Part shown: positions 34,427 through 35,839 of the stretch, one piece after another
Numbering within the stretch: position 1 is the first letter of the stretch
Layout: each line of letters begins with the position of its first letter
Assembly: GCA_965601765.1 (NCBI GenBank)
Contig: CBFCWS010000001.1
Coordinates: forward strand, 1 to 35,839
DNA length: 35,839 nt
Origin: an uncultured Ilumatobacter sp.
GTDB lineage: Bacteria > Actinomycetota > Acidimicrobiia > Acidimicrobiales > Ilumatobacteraceae
Reading direction: 5' to 3'
Position numbers and translations under genes: made by a program
The notes under the pieces: model-generated
What the model was told of the DNA's origin: nothing
What the model saw: the letters and a program-made list of their open reading frames with translations, nothing else
Databases searched by the model: none

Positions 34427-35719
34427 TCAAGCGCCGAGACGGCGGACGTTCGGCGGTGTCACGTCGGACAGGTCGGTCTCGGCCCCGTCGTCGAGCTCGG
34501 TGAAGAGCTGACCGTCGATCGGCAGGTTGCGCTCGCGGCGGACCGCTTCGAGCTGTTGGAGTGGCTTCTCGAGCTGGCGCCTTCGGGTGCCGACCAACTC
34601 GTCGAACTGCCGATCGAGCTGGTCGAACTTGGTCTTCACCTTGTCGAGCTGATCGGAGTACTTCTGCCACTGCGTGCCGAACTTGCCGATCAGTGCGAGG
34701 ATCTGATCGCTGGTCTGCTCGATCACGAAGTTGTCGTACGCCTGTCGGATGACCCCGAGGAACGCGAACAGGGTCAGCGGCGAGCACATCACCACGCGCT
34801 GCTCCATCGCGTCGTCGATCAGGCCGGGGTCGGCCTCGTGGATGAAGCCGGTGAGCTGCTCGTTCGGGAGGAACATCAGCACGTAGTCGACCGACGTGCG
34901 GGCGGACTCGTTGGCGTAGTCGCGGCGGGCCAGCTCGGTGACCCGGGCACGAACGTCGCGGACGAAAGCCTTGCGGTGCGCCTGCCGCTCGGCGTCGCTG
35001 CCGGCATCGAGGAACCTGAGGTAGCCGGCCATCGGGAACTTGACGTCCATGTAGAGCTCGTGGCCCTTCGGGAGCGGGAACGTGAAGTCGGGCCGCCCGG
35101 TCGCGCCCTCGAGCTGCGTCTGCTTGACGTAGTTGACGTTCTCGACGAACCCCGCGAGGCGGAGGACGTCCTCCGCCATCCGCTCGCCCCACTGACCCCT
35201 CGCGGTCGGGCTGGCCATCGCCTCCCGGAGCGCGGTCGCCGACTCGGACAGCGTCTGTGTGATCTCGGCGTGGCTCCGCAGCGACGTCTCGACCTCGCCG
35301 AAGCGACGCGCGTTGGTCTGGGCGAGCTCGGACACCATCGAGCTCAGCTTGCCCAGCTCGCCCCGCATCTCCGTGTGGACCTGATCGAGCCGGCTGTCGA
35401 TGACGTCCTTCTTGGCCGTCAGCTCGTCGGTGCTCCGACGGCGGGCGTCGGCCGCCGCAGCACCGAGCTGCTCGCGCTGGAGCACGGACGCCTGCTCGAG
35501 CGCGGCACGAACGGCCGCGTCGCGCTCGACCGAGCTCATGGCACGCAGATCGGCGAGCGCCGCCGCGAGCGCCTCGCCGACCAGCTCGTCGAGCGGCTGC
35601 TCCGCGACCGGCGGCCGCTCGGAGAGGACGCGCCGACGGGTGTACTCGGCCGCCGCCCACGCCGCCACGAGGGCGAGCACGAGCGCCGACAGCATCAGCA
35701 ACACCAGTTCTGGACTCAT
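34427..35719 (-). CDS. rmuC: DNA recombination protein RmuC
   Basis: N-terminal TM, coiled coil, RGQWGE, RPDFTF..DVKFP, DYVLMFLPNE, CSPLTL. Confidence 0.92.
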   Translation of the reverse strand: MSPELVLLMLSALVLALVAAWAAAEYTRRRVLSERPPVAEQPLDELVGEALAAALADLRAMSSVERDAAVRAALEQASVLQREQLGAAAADARRRSTDELTAKKDVIDSRLDQVHTEMRGELGKLSSMVSELAQTNARRFGEVETSLRSHAEITQTLSESATALREAMASPTARGQWGERMAEDVLRLAGFVENVNYVKQTQLEGATGRPDFTFPLPKGHELYMDVKFPMAGYLRFLDAGSDAERQAHRKAFVRDVRARVTELARRDYANESARTSVDYVLMFLPNEQLTGFIHEADPGLIDDAMEQRVVMCSPLTLFAFLGVIRQAYDNFVIEQTSDQILALIGKFGTQWQKYSDQLDKVKTKFDQLDRQFDELVGTRRRQLEKPLQQLEAVRRERNLPIDGQLFTELDDGAETDLSDVTPPNVRRLGA

Positions 35720-35839
35720 GGTCCCCATCTTCGCGAGGGGGTGCCACAACGTTCGCGGATGGGTGCCACCCTGGCCCGGCACAGGCGGTTCGATTGGGCC
35801 GTCAGGCCACGGAGCGGTCGGGGAAGACGAAGCAGCGGT

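Noticed and set aside
32732-35719. xseAB-rmuC as a defence system
   Set aside because: Ordinary housekeeping DNA repair and recombination genes.

Overview
High-GC chromosomal window that reads as actinobacterial, most like Acidimicrobiia/Ilumatobacter (inferred from gene content and codon style). No integrase, transposase, prophage or CRISPR array was seen. Left to right: nfeD divergent from an ArsA/Get3-like ATPase pair; SulP transporter with a small coupled membrane protein; orphan receiver protein; tRNA-Pro(CGG); F420-type LLM oxidoreductase; MetB-like PLP enzyme; four-module Cys-rich lipoprotein; nadE; ppk2 interrupted by one in-frame TAG; DoxX-like protein; divergent arsI/cadI-arsR; NUDIX hydrolase; SDR remnant; S51-like protein; hbd-aat-ecm(meaA); LysM lipoprotein; alpha/beta-hydrolase pair; a ~9.6 kb carotenoid cluster; xseB-xseA; rmuC. 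The best candidate for a new system is the carotenoid cluster, which joins crtE-crtI-crtB-cruF-crtD-like-GT2 to crtA-like, crtZ-like and PlsY-fold genes with no cyclase in the window. Other highlights are the ppk2 amber codon, a perfect GTTAC-N6-GTAAC operator, a 52-bp perfect palindrome, a leaderless CxxC uORF coupled to sulP, and several enzymes apparently lacking catalytic residues. Family calls come from motif recognition only; no searches were run.
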